Source of the DNA: Clostridia bacterium
GTDB lineage: Bacteria; Bacillota; Clostridia; Oscillospirales; CAG-272
Direction: 5' to 3'
Assembly (NCBI GenBank): GCA_017522795.1
Contig: JAFWXZ010000011.1
Location: forward strand, 7,131-71,130
Length of the DNA: 64,000 nucleotides
How positions within the stretch are numbered: the stretch's first letter is position 1; the number at the start of each line of letters is the position of its first letter. The translations under genes and the position numbers were made by a program. Below the pieces are notes generated by a model, which was not told the origin of the DNA, ran no database searches, and saw nothing but the letters and a program-made list of their open reading frames with translations. This document shows positions 29,044 to 38,520 of this stretch, piece by piece.

Positions 29044-30303
29044 ATGTATTACGGATATCGTATCAGCGACTATACTGCCGATCTTGCAAGGAGAGCAGAG
29101 ACAGATTGTAAAGAAATATTTGCAAAAATCGAGGAAAATGCCCTTATTTGCTCAGCGAAGGTGCTTTCCGCCTTTCAGGAATGTAAGGTGTCTACTGCCG
29201 ATTTTATCGAGGTGACAGGCTACGGCTTCGCCGACTCGGGTAGAGACAAGCTGGAGGAGATATACGCCAGTGTTTTCGGTGCGGAGGATGCCCTCGTGCG
29301 CCCTCAGCTTATGTCAGGCACTCACGCCCTTGCGGTCACACTCGGCGGTCTTTGCAAGCCGAATGATACCCTGCTCTACATAACGGGTACTCCCTACGAC
29401 ACTCTGCAGACTGTTATCGGCACTGCGGGTGAGAGCCGCAACTCGCTTATGGCTTACGGCGTTAAGTATGAGGAGATCGATCTCAAGGACGGCGACTTTG
29501 ACATTGAAGCGATAAAGGCAAGACTTTCAGAGTCCTACGTTAAGGTAGCGGCAATTCAGCGCAGCCGCGGATATGCGCAACGCAAGAGCCTTACCATCGC
29601 CCAGATTGAGAGAGCGGTTAAGGCTATCAAGGAGGTTTCTCCCGATACAATTATTATGGTTGACAACTGCTATGGCGAGTTTACCGAGGACAAAGAGCCT
29701 ACCGACGTTGGCGCAGACGTTTTCGTCGGCTCGATGATGAAGAATCTCGGCGCGGGCTTTGCCGTTTCGGGTGCTTACTGTGTTGGTACGAAGACGGTAA
29801 TTGAGGACATAGCCGAAAGACTTACCGCCCCCTGTATCGGCAAGGATCTGGGAGCAAACTTTAATCAGCTTGCCTCCTTCTACAAAGGCTTCTTTATGGC
29901 TCCCGCCTGCGTGGCTTCTACCTTGAAGTCTATGGTTTTTGCGGCGAGAATGCTTGAGCTTGCGGGATTTGAGGAGGTTGATCCTCGCTATGACGAAAAG
30001 CGCACCGACATCGTACAGACGGTAAATCTCCACTCGGCAGACAAGCTTATCAAGTTCTGCAAAGGAATACAGATGGGCTCTCCCGTCGAGGCGTACTGCA
30101 TTCCCGAGCCGGGTGATATGCCCGGTTATCCCCACCCCGAGATCATGGCGGCAGGTACCTTCATCACAGGCGCGACCAACGAGCTTAGCTGTGACGGCCC
30201 TATCGTAGAGCCCTACACCGCATATATGCAGGGCGGTCTGACCTATGAATACGGAAAGCTCGGCATTATGAAGGCGATTGACACAATGCTTGATCTTGGA
30301 TAA
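29044..30303 (+). CDS. YnbB / 'aluminium resistance' family PLP-dependent lyase-like protein (Met_gamma_lyase family)
   Basis: 419 aa. The N-terminus ...KVLSAFQECKVSTADFIEVTGYGFADSGRDKLEEIYASVFGAEDALVRPQLMSGTHA is typical of this family as I recall it. Confidence 0.75.
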   Translation: MYYGYRISDYTADLARRAETDCKEIFAKIEENALICSAKVLSAFQECKVSTADFIEVTGYGFADSGRDKLEEIYASVFGAEDALVRPQLMSGTHALAVTLGGLCKPNDTLLYITGTPYDTLQTVIGTAGESRNSLMAYGVKYEEIDLKDGDFDIEAIKARLSESYVKVAAIQRSRGYAQRKSLTIAQIERAVKAIKEVSPDTIIMVDNCYGEFTEDKEPTDVGADVFVGSMMKNLGAGFAVSGAYCVGTKTVIEDIAERLTAPCIGKDLGANFNQLASFYKGFFMAPACVASTLKSMVFAARMLELAGFEEVDPRYDEKRTDIVQTVNLHSADKLIKFCKGIQMGSPVEAYCIPEPGDMPGYPHPEIMAAGTFITGATNELSCDGPIVEPYTAYMQGGLTYEYGKLGIMKAIDTMLDLG

Positions 30304-30338
30304 ATTCTAAATTTGGAGTTTTAAATTCGAAATTATTA

Positions 30339-30367
30339 TTGACAACACCTAAATATAGTGCTATAAT
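30339..30367 (+). promoter_or_regulatory. Sigma-A-type promoter of the TPP riboswitch leader
   Basis: TTGACA (30339-30344), 17-nt spacer, TATAAT (30362-30367), with extended -10 TG. Confidence 0.7.
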
Positions 30368-30384
30368 TTATAACGAACCGAACA

Positions 30385-30533
30385 GAATATACATCAGGGG
30401 TGCGTTTTGCTGAGATGACCGAATGGTCAAACCCTTTAACCTGATACGGATAATGCCGTCGTAGGAAGAATGGATTAGGTGCTATTGCCATTAGTTTACC
30501 GCGCGGATGTGTTTATCTGCGCGGTATTTTTTG
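30385..30533 (+). promoter_or_regulatory. TPP (THI-box) riboswitch with terminator expression platform
   Basis: CAGGGGUGC...GCUGAGA...ACCCUUUAACCUGAUACGGAUAAUGCCGUCGUAGGAAG matches the THI element consensus. The terminator is TACCGCGC (30497-30504) with GCGCGGTA (30519-30526), then TTTTTT. Confidence 0.9.
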
Positions 30534-30568
30534 CGGTTTCTTCACCGCTTCCAAAGGAGGAAGAAAAA

Positions 30569-31378
30569 ATGAAGAAAAACACTCTCGCGCTGTGCGAGGC
30601 GGGTATTATGATCGCCCTCTCCACAGTTCTGGCAATGCTGAAGCTGATCGATATGCCCTACGGCGGCTCGGTCACATTTGCACAGATGCTGCCTATTCTT
30701 ATCTTCGCATACCGTCACGGCCCAAAGCTCGGTATGGGCGCGGCTCTCACCGCCTCGGTGATTCAGCTGCTGCTTGGCCTTGAAAACTTCTCCTACCTGC
30801 CACTCGTCACCTGGTACTCTATTGTAGTTCTCGCCCTGCTTGACTACATCGTGGCATACTCGGTATTTGGCGCGGTCGGTTTCCTGCGGGGAAAAATGAA
30901 TTACAGAACGGCAATGACGGTTGGCGCGGTTGGCGCATCGGTGGTAAGATACCTTTGCCACGTGATCTCCGGCTTTACCGCCTGGGCTGCCTTTGAGATA
31001 CCCTCGGGCGCGGTGCTTGCCTACTCCGTGGGCTACAACGCCACCTATATGATCCCCGAGACCATAGTTCTCGCCGCGGCGACCTATTACATCTGCTCGG
31101 CTATCGACTTCTCGAAGGACACACCCGTAAGAGCAAAGAGAGTTTCGGGCGACGGAAACATTGCTCTGATGAAACTGCTTTCGGGACTTGCCGTATTTGC
31201 TGCTATTATCGTTGACACCGTGCTTGTTTTCTCGGAGATTCAGGATGCCGAGACAGGCGACTTTATCCTCTCGGGACTTGCTAACGTAGACTGGATTTCC
31301 TTCGCGGTAGTGACTGTTGTTTGTCTTGGCGCGGCGGTAATTCTGCGCGTGGTTGACAAGAAAAAGGAAGAAAAATAA
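30569..31378 (+). CDS. thiT: Thiamine transporter ThiT-like ECF S-component with C-terminal extension
   Basis: Start moved to MKKNTLALCEAGIMIALSTVLAML (GGAGGAAG SD). The sequence is a ThiT-like multi-TM protein directly behind a TPP riboswitch. At 269 aa it carries about two extra C-terminal TM segments. Confidence 0.78.
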   Translation: MKKNTLALCEAGIMIALSTVLAMLKLIDMPYGGSVTFAQMLPILIFAYRHGPKLGMGAALTASVIQLLLGLENFSYLPLVTWYSIVVLALLDYIVAYSVFGAVGFLRGKMNYRTAMTVGAVGASVVRYLCHVISGFTAWAAFEIPSGAVLAYSVGYNATYMIPETIVLAAATYYICSAIDFSKDTPVRAKRVSGDGNIALMKLLSGLAVFAAIIVDTVLVFSEIQDAETGDFILSGLANVDWISFAVVTVVCLGAAVILRVVDKKKEEK

Positions 31379-31406
31379 TCAGGCTTATGTCGCGTAAAAT
31401 TCGCGC

Positions 31407-31458
31407 AAAAAAAGAGCCGCTACCTTCAGACTATGTGGTCGGTAGCGGTTCTTTTTTA
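31407..31458. terminator. Bidirectional terminator between convergent thiT and the exonuclease gene
   Basis: An A-run precedes AGAGCCGCTACC (31413-31424), which pairs with GGTAGCGGTTCT (31441-31452). A T-run follows. Confidence 0.8.
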
Positions 31459-32427
31459 TTTAGACGCGGTATCGGGGTTGCGTCTTTTCGTCTTTCTTCT
31501 CCTCGACGGCTTGCGGCGGATATTCGCCTTTTCAAGTCCCTCTCTATACTCGGCAAGGGAGGCCTCGTCAGCCTGCTTTACAGTGCGCCTTGCGCGCCAG
31601 GTTTCGTTAAAGTTTCTATGTAGCTTGAGGGAGAGAAGCATATCGCCGTGCTTCTTACAGGAGAAATGAATAGTATATTTCTGTCCCTTGGAGTGCAGAA
31701 GCTTATCCTCCTGCTTCATTTCCTTCTTACAGAGGGGACAGAGTGGAGTCTTAACGACCTCGTCGTCAAGCATCTCGGTAATGGTGACGTATCCGTCGCC
31801 GCCTGCATCGGCATCGCCGATAACCGAATCCTCAAGGAACTCGCCGCGGACGGATGAGTAGGTCCTGACTCCCTCGGGGACGTCAAGCTCCTTTGCCACG
31901 AGGGCGGTAAAATAAGCATCATTCAGCGCGTCGTGGGCAGGCAGATGTTGCTCCAGACCAAAGTGGTCCATAGCGTATTCGAGCGAGCGCTGCTTTGAGG
32001 AATCGTCGGTCTGTCGGTTGAATATCACCTGCAGGTCGTAGACCTTATCGAGCCAGCCTGACGGAATACCGTGTACGTTGAAGTTTTCCTTCAGCATCGG
32101 GATATCGTCAGGGCCCCAGGTGAGAAAGCAAAAGTCCCTGCCGCACCACCTTTTGAATCGCTCGGCTGCCTCAGGCAACGGAGTGCCCATATCCATCTGA
32201 GCCTGGGTGATGCCTGTAAGCTCGCTGACATGTCTGTGGAGCTTCTTGAAATACTGCGGCTTTACGATTATCTGATAGGAGCCGCAGATGTTCATTCGGG
32301 AGTCCAGCTTGACCGCGCCTATCTGAATAACCTCGCCGCGCAGACGGCAGGCAAGACGGCGCTGTACTGCAAGAGCCTTTTGCGCATAGGCCTGATTCCA
32401 CTCTAAATCAAGTGTAATATAGTACAT
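31456..32427 (-). CDS. DEDD-family 3'-5' exonuclease (KapD/ERI-1-like) with C-terminal Cys-rich, basic extension
   Basis: 323 aa. Exo motifs are DLEWN, IQIGAVKLD and HDALNDAYF. The C-terminus has CPLCKK...CKKHG and an R/K-rich tail. Confidence 0.75.
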   Translation of the reverse strand: MYYITLDLEWNQAYAQKALAVQRRLACRLRGEVIQIGAVKLDSRMNICGSYQIIVKPQYFKKLHRHVSELTGITQAQMDMGTPLPEAAERFKRWCGRDFCFLTWGPDDIPMLKENFNVHGIPSGWLDKVYDLQVIFNRQTDDSSKQRSLEYAMDHFGLEQHLPAHDALNDAYFTALVAKELDVPEGVRTYSSVRGEFLEDSVIGDADAGGDGYVTITEMLDDEVVKTPLCPLCKKEMKQEDKLLHSKGQKYTIHFSCKKHGDMLLSLKLHRNFNETWRARRTVKQADEASLAEYREGLEKANIRRKPSRRRKTKRRNPDTASK

Positions 32428-32516
32428 CTATTAGTCCTTTTTTCATATTTTCTCAATATATTATAACACCCCATATTTTAAAAGTCAATAAGGGGAGAAA
32501 AATATTTAAAAATAAA

Positions 32517-32548
32517 GGTCGCCCGAGTCTTTTTCTTCGGGCGACCGA
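32517..32548 (-). terminator. Intrinsic terminator after serC-like gene
   Basis: GGTCGCCCGA pairs with TCGGGCGACC. In the minus sense it is followed by TTTATTTTT. Confidence 0.75.
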
Positions 32549-32552
32549 TAGA

Positions 32553-33665
32553 TTAATTCTGTATTTTGGGATTATTCTTCATAAACTCCTTCATAAAGTC
32601 AACGAGGCGTTCAACACCCTCGTAGGGCATAGAGTTATAGAGAGAGGCGCACATACCGCCAACGCTGGGGTGGCCTGCAAGGTTGATAAGTCCCTGCTCT
32701 TCCGCCTGCTCGATAAACCTCTTATCAAGCTCACCGTCGCCCGTCACGAACGCCACGTTCATCATACTGCGGCACTTCTTGTCCACGGGAGAGGTGTAGT
32801 AGGACTGTCCCTGACCGTCAAGGTAGTCATATATCAAGCTTGCCTTTTTCTCATTGCGGCGCTTCATCTCTTCAAGTCCGCCGACCGAGAGAATCCACTC
32901 AAGCACCAGCTTTGCAATATAAACGCACCAAAGGGGCGCGGTATTACCCTGCGAATTGCTCTCTACAAGATGTTTGTAATCGAGGATAGAGGGAGTATCC
33001 TTACGGGCAGAGCCGATAAGGTCGTTTCGCACGATGACAACGGTAAGTCCCGTGGGAGATACGTTCACCTGCGCGTCGGCGTAGAGGATACCAAACTTGG
33101 TGACGTCGATAGGCTCGGAGCAGAAGCAGGATGTAAGGTCGCAGACCAGGGGAATATTTCCCGTATCGGGGATATAATGGAACTTTGTGCCGTAAACCGA
33201 GTTGTTAAGGCAGATATGCACGTAATCGGCATCGGGACGGAAGTCCGCGCGGGTTGTCACGGGGACGGTGGAATAGGGGGGAGATGCTCCGCCCGAGGAG
33301 GCGGCGATAACGATGTCACCGTACTTCTTTGCCTCGTCGCAAGCGCGCTTTGAGTACTTACCCGATACGATATAGTCGGCGCACTGGTGGGAGGAAAGCA
33401 GGTTCATCGGTATTGCGGCATACTGTCCCGTAGCATCGCCCTTGAGGAAAAGTATCTTATAGTTTGCGGGGATGTTCATCAGCCGTCTGAGAGCATCCTC
33501 TGCACCCGCAAAGATCTCCTTATACTCAGCGGAGCCACGCTCAAGCTCCATAACCGAAAGACCTGTGTCGCGGTAGGAGAGCATCTCTGCCTGGGCGCGC
33601 TCAAGAACCTCAAGAGGAAGCATCGAGGGGCATTGGGAAAAATTATATATCTGATCTCTATCCAT
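32553..33665 (-). CDS. serC: Phosphoserine aminotransferase-like class V aminotransferase (SerC family, divergent)
   Basis: 370 aa. SerC-like N-terminus (YNFSQCPSMLPLEVLERAQAEML...GLSVMEL) and IPANYKILFLKGDATGQYAAIPMNLL are present. It diverges at some canonical positions. Confidence 0.7.
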   Translation of the reverse strand: MDRDQIYNFSQCPSMLPLEVLERAQAEMLSYRDTGLSVMELERGSAEYKEIFAGAEDALRRLMNIPANYKILFLKGDATGQYAAIPMNLLSSHQCADYIVSGKYSKRACDEAKKYGDIVIAASSGGASPPYSTVPVTTRADFRPDADYVHICLNNSVYGTKFHYIPDTGNIPLVCDLTSCFCSEPIDVTKFGILYADAQVNVSPTGLTVVIVRNDLIGSARKDTPSILDYKHLVESNSQGNTAPLWCVYIAKLVLEWILSVGGLEEMKRRNEKKASLIYDYLDGQGQSYYTSPVDKKCRSMMNVAFVTGDGELDKRFIEQAEEQGLINLAGHPSVGGMCASLYNSMPYEGVERLVDFMKEFMKNNPKIQN

Positions 33666-33706
33666 TTAAGATTTACGATCCTTTCTTTTTGTCTACAGAT
33701 ATTATA

Positions 33707-34414
33707 CTACTCCGCCGCGCTTTTGTCAAGACATAAAAGCAGCTCGGTCATTTCTCGGTGATCACGCACGGTATAGGTAGGCTCGGGAATATTCAACTCG
33801 GGATAGCTGCCCGACTGAGCGGTGTGGATATAGACAGTCCGCATACCCACCAGACTCGCGCCCAAGATATCGTCGCGCATATCGTTGCCAACGTATACGC
33901 TGTTCTGCGCGCTGATGCCGAAGCGGTCAAAGGCAAGCTCAAATATCTCCCTCGCGGGCTTTTTCACACCCACGTCGGAGGAGATCACAATGCCGTCAAA
34001 GAAGTCGTAGAGCCCCGTGGTGTGAAGCTCGTCGAGGGTAAAGCAGCTCTGCGCGTTGGACACAAGGTAAACTCCCGCACCTGCCGCTTTAAGACGGCGG
34101 AGCATATCGACAGCGCCATCAAAGGCGCAGAGGCGAACCATAGAATGCCTTCTGAATTCGCTTGCCAGCGAGGGCGCAACCGAGGTGTCCACCGAGCGAG
34201 ACGCAAGCATCTTCTCGAATACCGAAAGCAGATCTATCTCGTGATACTCTCCCCTCTTTTCCGCGGCGCAGAGCGAAAGATACTCCCGTCTGACAGAAGC
34301 TCCCTTCTCCTCGCCGTCGCCGAGCAGAGAGGCCACACCCTCCCAAAGCTCCTCGCGGCTCTCGTCGGTCCATATATCTACCAACGTGCCGTATAAATCA
34401 AAAACAAAGTTCAT
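33707..34414 (-). CDS. HAD-superfamily hydrolase (subfamily IA-like)
   Basis: 235 aa. Motif I is FDLYGTLVD, motif II is VSNA, and motifs III/IV are KKP...VGNDMRDD. Confidence 0.8.
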   Translation of the reverse strand: MNFVFDLYGTLVDIWTDESREELWEGVASLLGDGEEKGASVRREYLSLCAAEKRGEYHEIDLLSVFEKMLASRSVDTSVAPSLASEFRRHSMVRLCAFDGAVDMLRRLKAAGAGVYLVSNAQSCFTLDELHTTGLYDFFDGIVISSDVGVKKPAREIFELAFDRFGISAQNSVYVGNDMRDDILGASLVGMRTVYIHTAQSGSYPELNIPEPTYTVRDHREMTELLLCLDKSAAE

Positions 34415-34471
34415 AGCATTCTCCTTGCATTTTCTAAGGATATTTTACTACAAATCAAGGCTTATGTCAAG

Positions 34472-34500
34472 AGAAAAGGCTATCTCCGCAGAGATAGCCT
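34472..34500 (-). terminator. Terminator hairpin at the 3' end of the SipW-centred operon
   Basis: AGGCTATCTC (34477-34486) pairs with GAGATAGCCT (34491-34500). In the minus sense it is followed by TTTTCTCTTG. It lies 13 nt downstream of the stop of the 1328-aa gene. Confidence 0.6.
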
Positions 34501-34512
34501 TTAATAAATAAA

Positions 34513-37500
34513 TTAATCAATCGTGGTCGGATGGAAAACAGCAGGATCATTTTGCTTATCGTCAAGCGTTGTGCTGTTTATCATACTGTACTCAACATAT
34601 CCAAACTTTTCGTTATAAAGATCGATGGTAGCATTGGAATTATGTATCTTATTGTACCTTCCGTAGTATATATTGACGGTTGAAGATCTTCTGCAGCTTG
34701 CCTCACCGTTACCGTTGGTAAGCGGGTTGGTTGCAATAGAAGCACTGCTACCGTTCATCACGATTGTACTAACATAGTCGTTGGCTGTATTGCCCGCGAT
34801 CTCGCCCGAAGCACCGAATACAACATAGGAGTAGTCGTAAACATTGAATGCGTCAAAGTTACTTCCGTCACCAAACACACCGGCATAAACATAGACCTGC
34901 GCCTGATTGCCCGAGCTGGAGCTATAATCATAAGCGCTGTTAAATGTATCAATACCCGTTACGAAGGCTCCGCCGTTACCGCCGTTAAAGGTTCCACCGT
35001 GGATATTAACAACGGCTCCTCCGATAACCTTAAGTCCATAATATGCACCGGGACCAGATTTGCCTACAAAGAAGGTGTCTCTATATCCGTTTGCAGCCGA
35101 GTTCGTGTCCTTATATGTCATTTTACCGTCAAAGTTACCGCCGTAAACATTAATTGTTCCTCGGCCGTTGGCGGCAATTCCATTACCGTAATAAGCTACA
35201 TAGTTTCCGTTATACACGGTAATATTTCCGCCATTCAGCTCTATTGCGTGTCCGCCGGTAATACTTCTCTTACACTGCCATCCGCCAAGTCCGCTAAAAT
35301 ATCCAATGGGATCGTATGCTGTGTTGTAATACTCCTGTCCGCTGGCAAGAACCGAAATGTCAGAGTCAGAGCCGCCCTCTGTACCGAGGAAGATGTTTCC
35401 GTTGGATGCATCAGAGCCGGAGCCGCCCTCAATACTGGAGCAGCACACGCCGCCGCCCGCCTTGTTTTCAATGGTAGCCTTTGTAATGGTTACGTTACCG
35501 CCAACCACGCGAACGGCATAGCTGGTAACCTCAAGAGTGTTATAGTAATATGTAGCCTGATCGTAAACATTCTGCAGACCCGTATGAGTGATGTTGGTAA
35601 CTCCCTCAGAAACGAAGTTTCCGCCCGACACATATATACCGTCGGTATTCTGATAATCAACATATCTGTTGTCGGTTACGTCATCAAACAAAAGAGGCAG
35701 CTGAATGGTATAGCGGTTTGTGGGGCTGTCTGTTCTTGTGTTATTAGAAACAATAGTATAATTACTGCCCTCGGCAAAGGTTATGTCACCATCTGCAACC
35801 GCAACAGCAGAAGCATAAGAGGTTTTTATACTACCCGTGCCGTAAAAGTCAAGCTTGCCGCCGCAAAGTGACGCGCCTACCTCGTGACAGGTAATATTAG
35901 CATTTGTCAGAGAAACGCTGGAGATATCAGACTCAGAGCCGTCGGTCATAAGCGTTACACCCGTACAGGCTCTGTATGTGCTGTTAGCGGCCTTGAGGGG
36001 TTTACCTGCACCGACACTGACGTCTGCGCCATCAAGAGAAATGTGGAATCCAACATCTCCAACCGAGACGGCGTAAATACCGTGGCAGTTAAGATTTCCG
36101 TCAAGGGTAATATTACCACCCGTCATCTGAACAGAACCGCCCGAGGAGTAGATGCCCGTAGAGTTGTCCTTTGTCAGTCTGTATTGGTATCCTGTAGAAA
36201 GCACCGAACCGCCGTTCAGCGCATAAATGCCCGTAGAGGAATCACTTGTAATGTTGATGGTACAGGGATCGTTCGTCGGATCTGTGGAAGCAAGCTTAAC
36301 CTGTCCGTTGGCGGCATAGATGCCTACCTGTCGTCCCGTACCATTCGTTGTGATCTCAGCGAGATCGCCGAGGGTAAGATTGGTATCGGTAATATTAAAC
36401 TTACCAACACCGGGAACGGTAGAGTAAATACCCATTGCTCCGAAGCCGTTAAGAGTGAGATTTGAGGTATAGAGGTCAAACTGACCGTTGTTCATCACGA
36501 TGCCTCGCGAGCTGTCGCCGTTCAGCGTAAAGGTTCCGCCCTCAATATAAAGGGCACCGTTTGCCATCTCAATACCGTGGGAGCTCTCACCTGTAAGACT
36601 GAGCGTAGCGCCAAAAACATCAAGCTCTCCGTCGGTCATCTGTATGCCTAAGCAGGCAGAGCCCGCAAGAGTGAATACACCGTCAGTTACCGTAAGATGA
36701 CCGTTTTTCATCTCAATGCCCTCTGCATTTTCACCGATAACCTCAAAGTCTCCGTCCTCAATATTCAGCGTACCGTTGGCAATCTGAATACCCTTGGAAT
36801 TATCGCCTTTAATGTCAAAGTCTGCGAAGTCAATTGCCAGAACACCGTCAGTCATAAGAATACCTACGGTGCCGTCACCTGTAATGTAAATATCTCCGTC
36901 ATCAACAGAGAGCTCACCGTTTACCATATGGATACCGGTGTTGAACTGTCCGTCAATAACGTACTTTGCCGCACCGATATTCATAGTACCCTGCGCCATA
37001 TAAATGCAAGCGGTTTTATCGTTTATAGCGGTGGGCACAGAAGCCGGTATCTTAATGTTCTGCTGCTTTGTAAAGCTTCCGCCGCCTACGTTAAGACTGC
37101 CACCGTTCATATGAGCGTTATTGTTATTAGATGAGTAGAACTCACCGTTATCTATCTTAAGAGTAGCATTACCTTTATTAAGTATACAGTATGCCTCGCC
37201 AGCCATAGCTAATGCGCCGTTGGGCTCCGCCACGTTCCAGCGGTATCTGTCAAAGTAAACCTTTCCAAACGCCAGCGTATCATCCTCTTTTTCCATAAGG
37301 GTGTTGTCATTGGTGCCAAGATTTCCATTTTGAATAGTGCTGTTTGCGTTGGGAATACGGGAGGAAAACTGACCGTTTACGACATTAATAGTACCACCGG
37401 TAGAGTTAACACAGGCAGTATTGGGAAGTCCAAAGTAACAGTAGAAGCTGCCGTTCTGAACCTCAAGACTGCCGCTGGACATCTGAATTGCGGCATAGTA

Positions 37501-38499
37501 ATCCTTTATTTCGTTGATTGTTGAAGCGTGCTCTATTACGTTTTCGTATCCATAGATCGCTATTTCAATAGCATCATCTGCCGTAAGACCAAAATCAGCA
37601 AGCTCTGCCTCGCTGGCACAAAGATAATTATATCCCTGGTCAACCCAATAGGTATAGTACCAGTTGCAGGAAAGACCCAATCTCTCCTGTCCCTCATCAA
37701 TAATGTCCTTACTGGTACGGTAATAGCAGTAGGTATCAATGGGAATAGTCAGATCACCGCCTGTATATTCCTTGTCAAAATACAGGTTGCCGTGAGTGTA
37801 AACAATGTCGCCATTCTGCTGGGGATAGGACTTTATTATAGGAGCCTCGGTAATGGTCGCAGATACCTCGTAGCCACCTCCGCTACTCCGAGAGTGGAAA
37901 ATTACCTGCTCGGGATCAGGCTCTACGATAGTTTTCTTAGCATCCTGAGAGGTGGAAACGATCTCGGTGTTATAGGAAAAATACTCGGAGTATCTGGGGC
38001 CGGACTCAAAGTGTCCGGTAGCAATGGTAAGAGTACCGCCGTTGATATTAAATACCGATCCAACGGGGTTGTAGAGACCGCCTGTACCCTCCTCCGAGGT
38101 GTCAACAACGGTAAGACGAACGCCCGACTTAATATTAAGAATGGGCTCGTAGCCGTTACGCTGAATCTCAATGCCGTTCAGATCAAGAATAAGGTCGGCA
38201 TCAAGCGTCTCGGCCTTCTGTGTTACGATGAGGGGGTTCTCAATATCATCAGAAAGACGGATGAAGGAGTATCCCTGATTTATTGCAGCGAACAGCTCGG
38301 TCTGGTTACGAACCTCAAATACCGAGTTTACCGTGAAATCAAGGTGATCATAAATGATATCGCCATCGGTAAAGGTCGCATCGCTCTCACTGACATAACG
38401 AGAAAGAGTTGCGCCAACAAGGCTGAACAAAAGTATAACGAGAGCGAGAGTGAGTATGCTCAGGTGTTTTATGTTAAAGCTTTTCTTTTCGCCGTCCAT
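34513..38499 (-). CDS. Giant secreted protein (1328 aa) with SipW-cognate-type signal and beta-helix-like 24-residue repeats; putative adhesin/tip component
   Basis: AAAGGAG SD. The N-terminus has K-rich n-region, a hydrophobic h-region and the motif GATLSRYVSES. Residues ~521-830 carry about 12 G-I-x-[MI]-x-x-G-x-L units, the first eight at an exact 24-aa spacing. No LPxTG motif and no catalytic motif that I recognise. Confidence 0.8.
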   Translation of the reverse strand: MDGEKKSFNIKHLSILTLALVILLFSLVGATLSRYVSESDATFTDGDIIYDHLDFTVNSVFEVRNQTELFAAINQGYSFIRLSDDIENPLIVTQKAETLDADLILDLNGIEIQRNGYEPILNIKSGVRLTVVDTSEEGTGGLYNPVGSVFNINGGTLTIATGHFESGPRYSEYFSYNTEIVSTSQDAKKTIVEPDPEQVIFHSRSSGGGYEVSATITEAPIIKSYPQQNGDIVYTHGNLYFDKEYTGGDLTIPIDTYCYYRTSKDIIDEGQERLGLSCNWYYTYWVDQGYNYLCASEAELADFGLTADDAIEIAIYGYENVIEHASTINEIKDYYAAIQMSSGSLEVQNGSFYCYFGLPNTACVNSTGGTINVVNGQFSSRIPNANSTIQNGNLGTNDNTLMEKEDDTLAFGKVYFDRYRWNVAEPNGALAMAGEAYCILNKGNATLKIDNGEFYSSNNNNAHMNGGSLNVGGGSFTKQQNIKIPASVPTAINDKTACIYMAQGTMNIGAAKYVIDGQFNTGIHMVNGELSVDDGDIYITGDGTVGILMTDGVLAIDFADFDIKGDNSKGIQIANGTLNIEDGDFEVIGENAEGIEMKNGHLTVTDGVFTLAGSACLGIQMTDGELDVFGATLSLTGESSHGIEMANGALYIEGGTFTLNGDSSRGIVMNNGQFDLYTSNLTLNGFGAMGIYSTVPGVGKFNITDTNLTLGDLAEITTNGTGRQVGIYAANGQVKLASTDPTNDPCTINITSDSSTGIYALNGGSVLSTGYQYRLTKDNSTGIYSSGGSVQMTGGNITLDGNLNCHGIYAVSVGDVGFHISLDGADVSVGAGKPLKAANSTYRACTGVTLMTDGSESDISSVSLTNANITCHEVGASLCGGKLDFYGTGSIKTSYASAVAVADGDITFAEGSNYTIVSNNTRTDSPTNRYTIQLPLLFDDVTDNRYVDYQNTDGIYVSGGNFVSEGVTNITHTGLQNVYDQATYYYNTLEVTSYAVRVVGGNVTITKATIENKAGGGVCCSSIEGGSGSDASNGNIFLGTEGGSDSDISVLASGQEYYNTAYDPIGYFSGLGGWQCKRSITGGHAIELNGGNITVYNGNYVAYYGNGIAANGRGTINVYGGNFDGKMTYKDTNSAANGYRDTFFVGKSGPGAYYGLKVIGGAVVNIHGGTFNGGNGGAFVTGIDTFNSAYDYSSSSGNQAQVYVYAGVFGDGSNFDAFNVYDYSYVVFGASGEIAGNTANDYVSTIVMNGSSASIATNPLTNGNGEASCRRSSTVNIYYGRYNKIHNSNATIDLYNEKFGYVEYSMINSTTLDDKQNDPAVFHPTTID
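36010..36939 (-). repeat. In-frame 72-bp (24-codon) degenerate tandem repeats inside the 1328-aa gene
   Basis: Units begin at residues 522, 546, 570, 594, 618, 642, 666 and 690: GIHMVNGEL, GILMTDGVL, GIQIANGTL, GIEMKNGHL, GIQMTDGEL, GIEMANGAL, GIVMNNGQF, GIYSTV. Looser GIY units follow at 726, 757, 782 and 807. Confidence 0.8.
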
Positions 38500-38520
38500 A
38501 GCGCGCTCCTTTCTGTTTTT

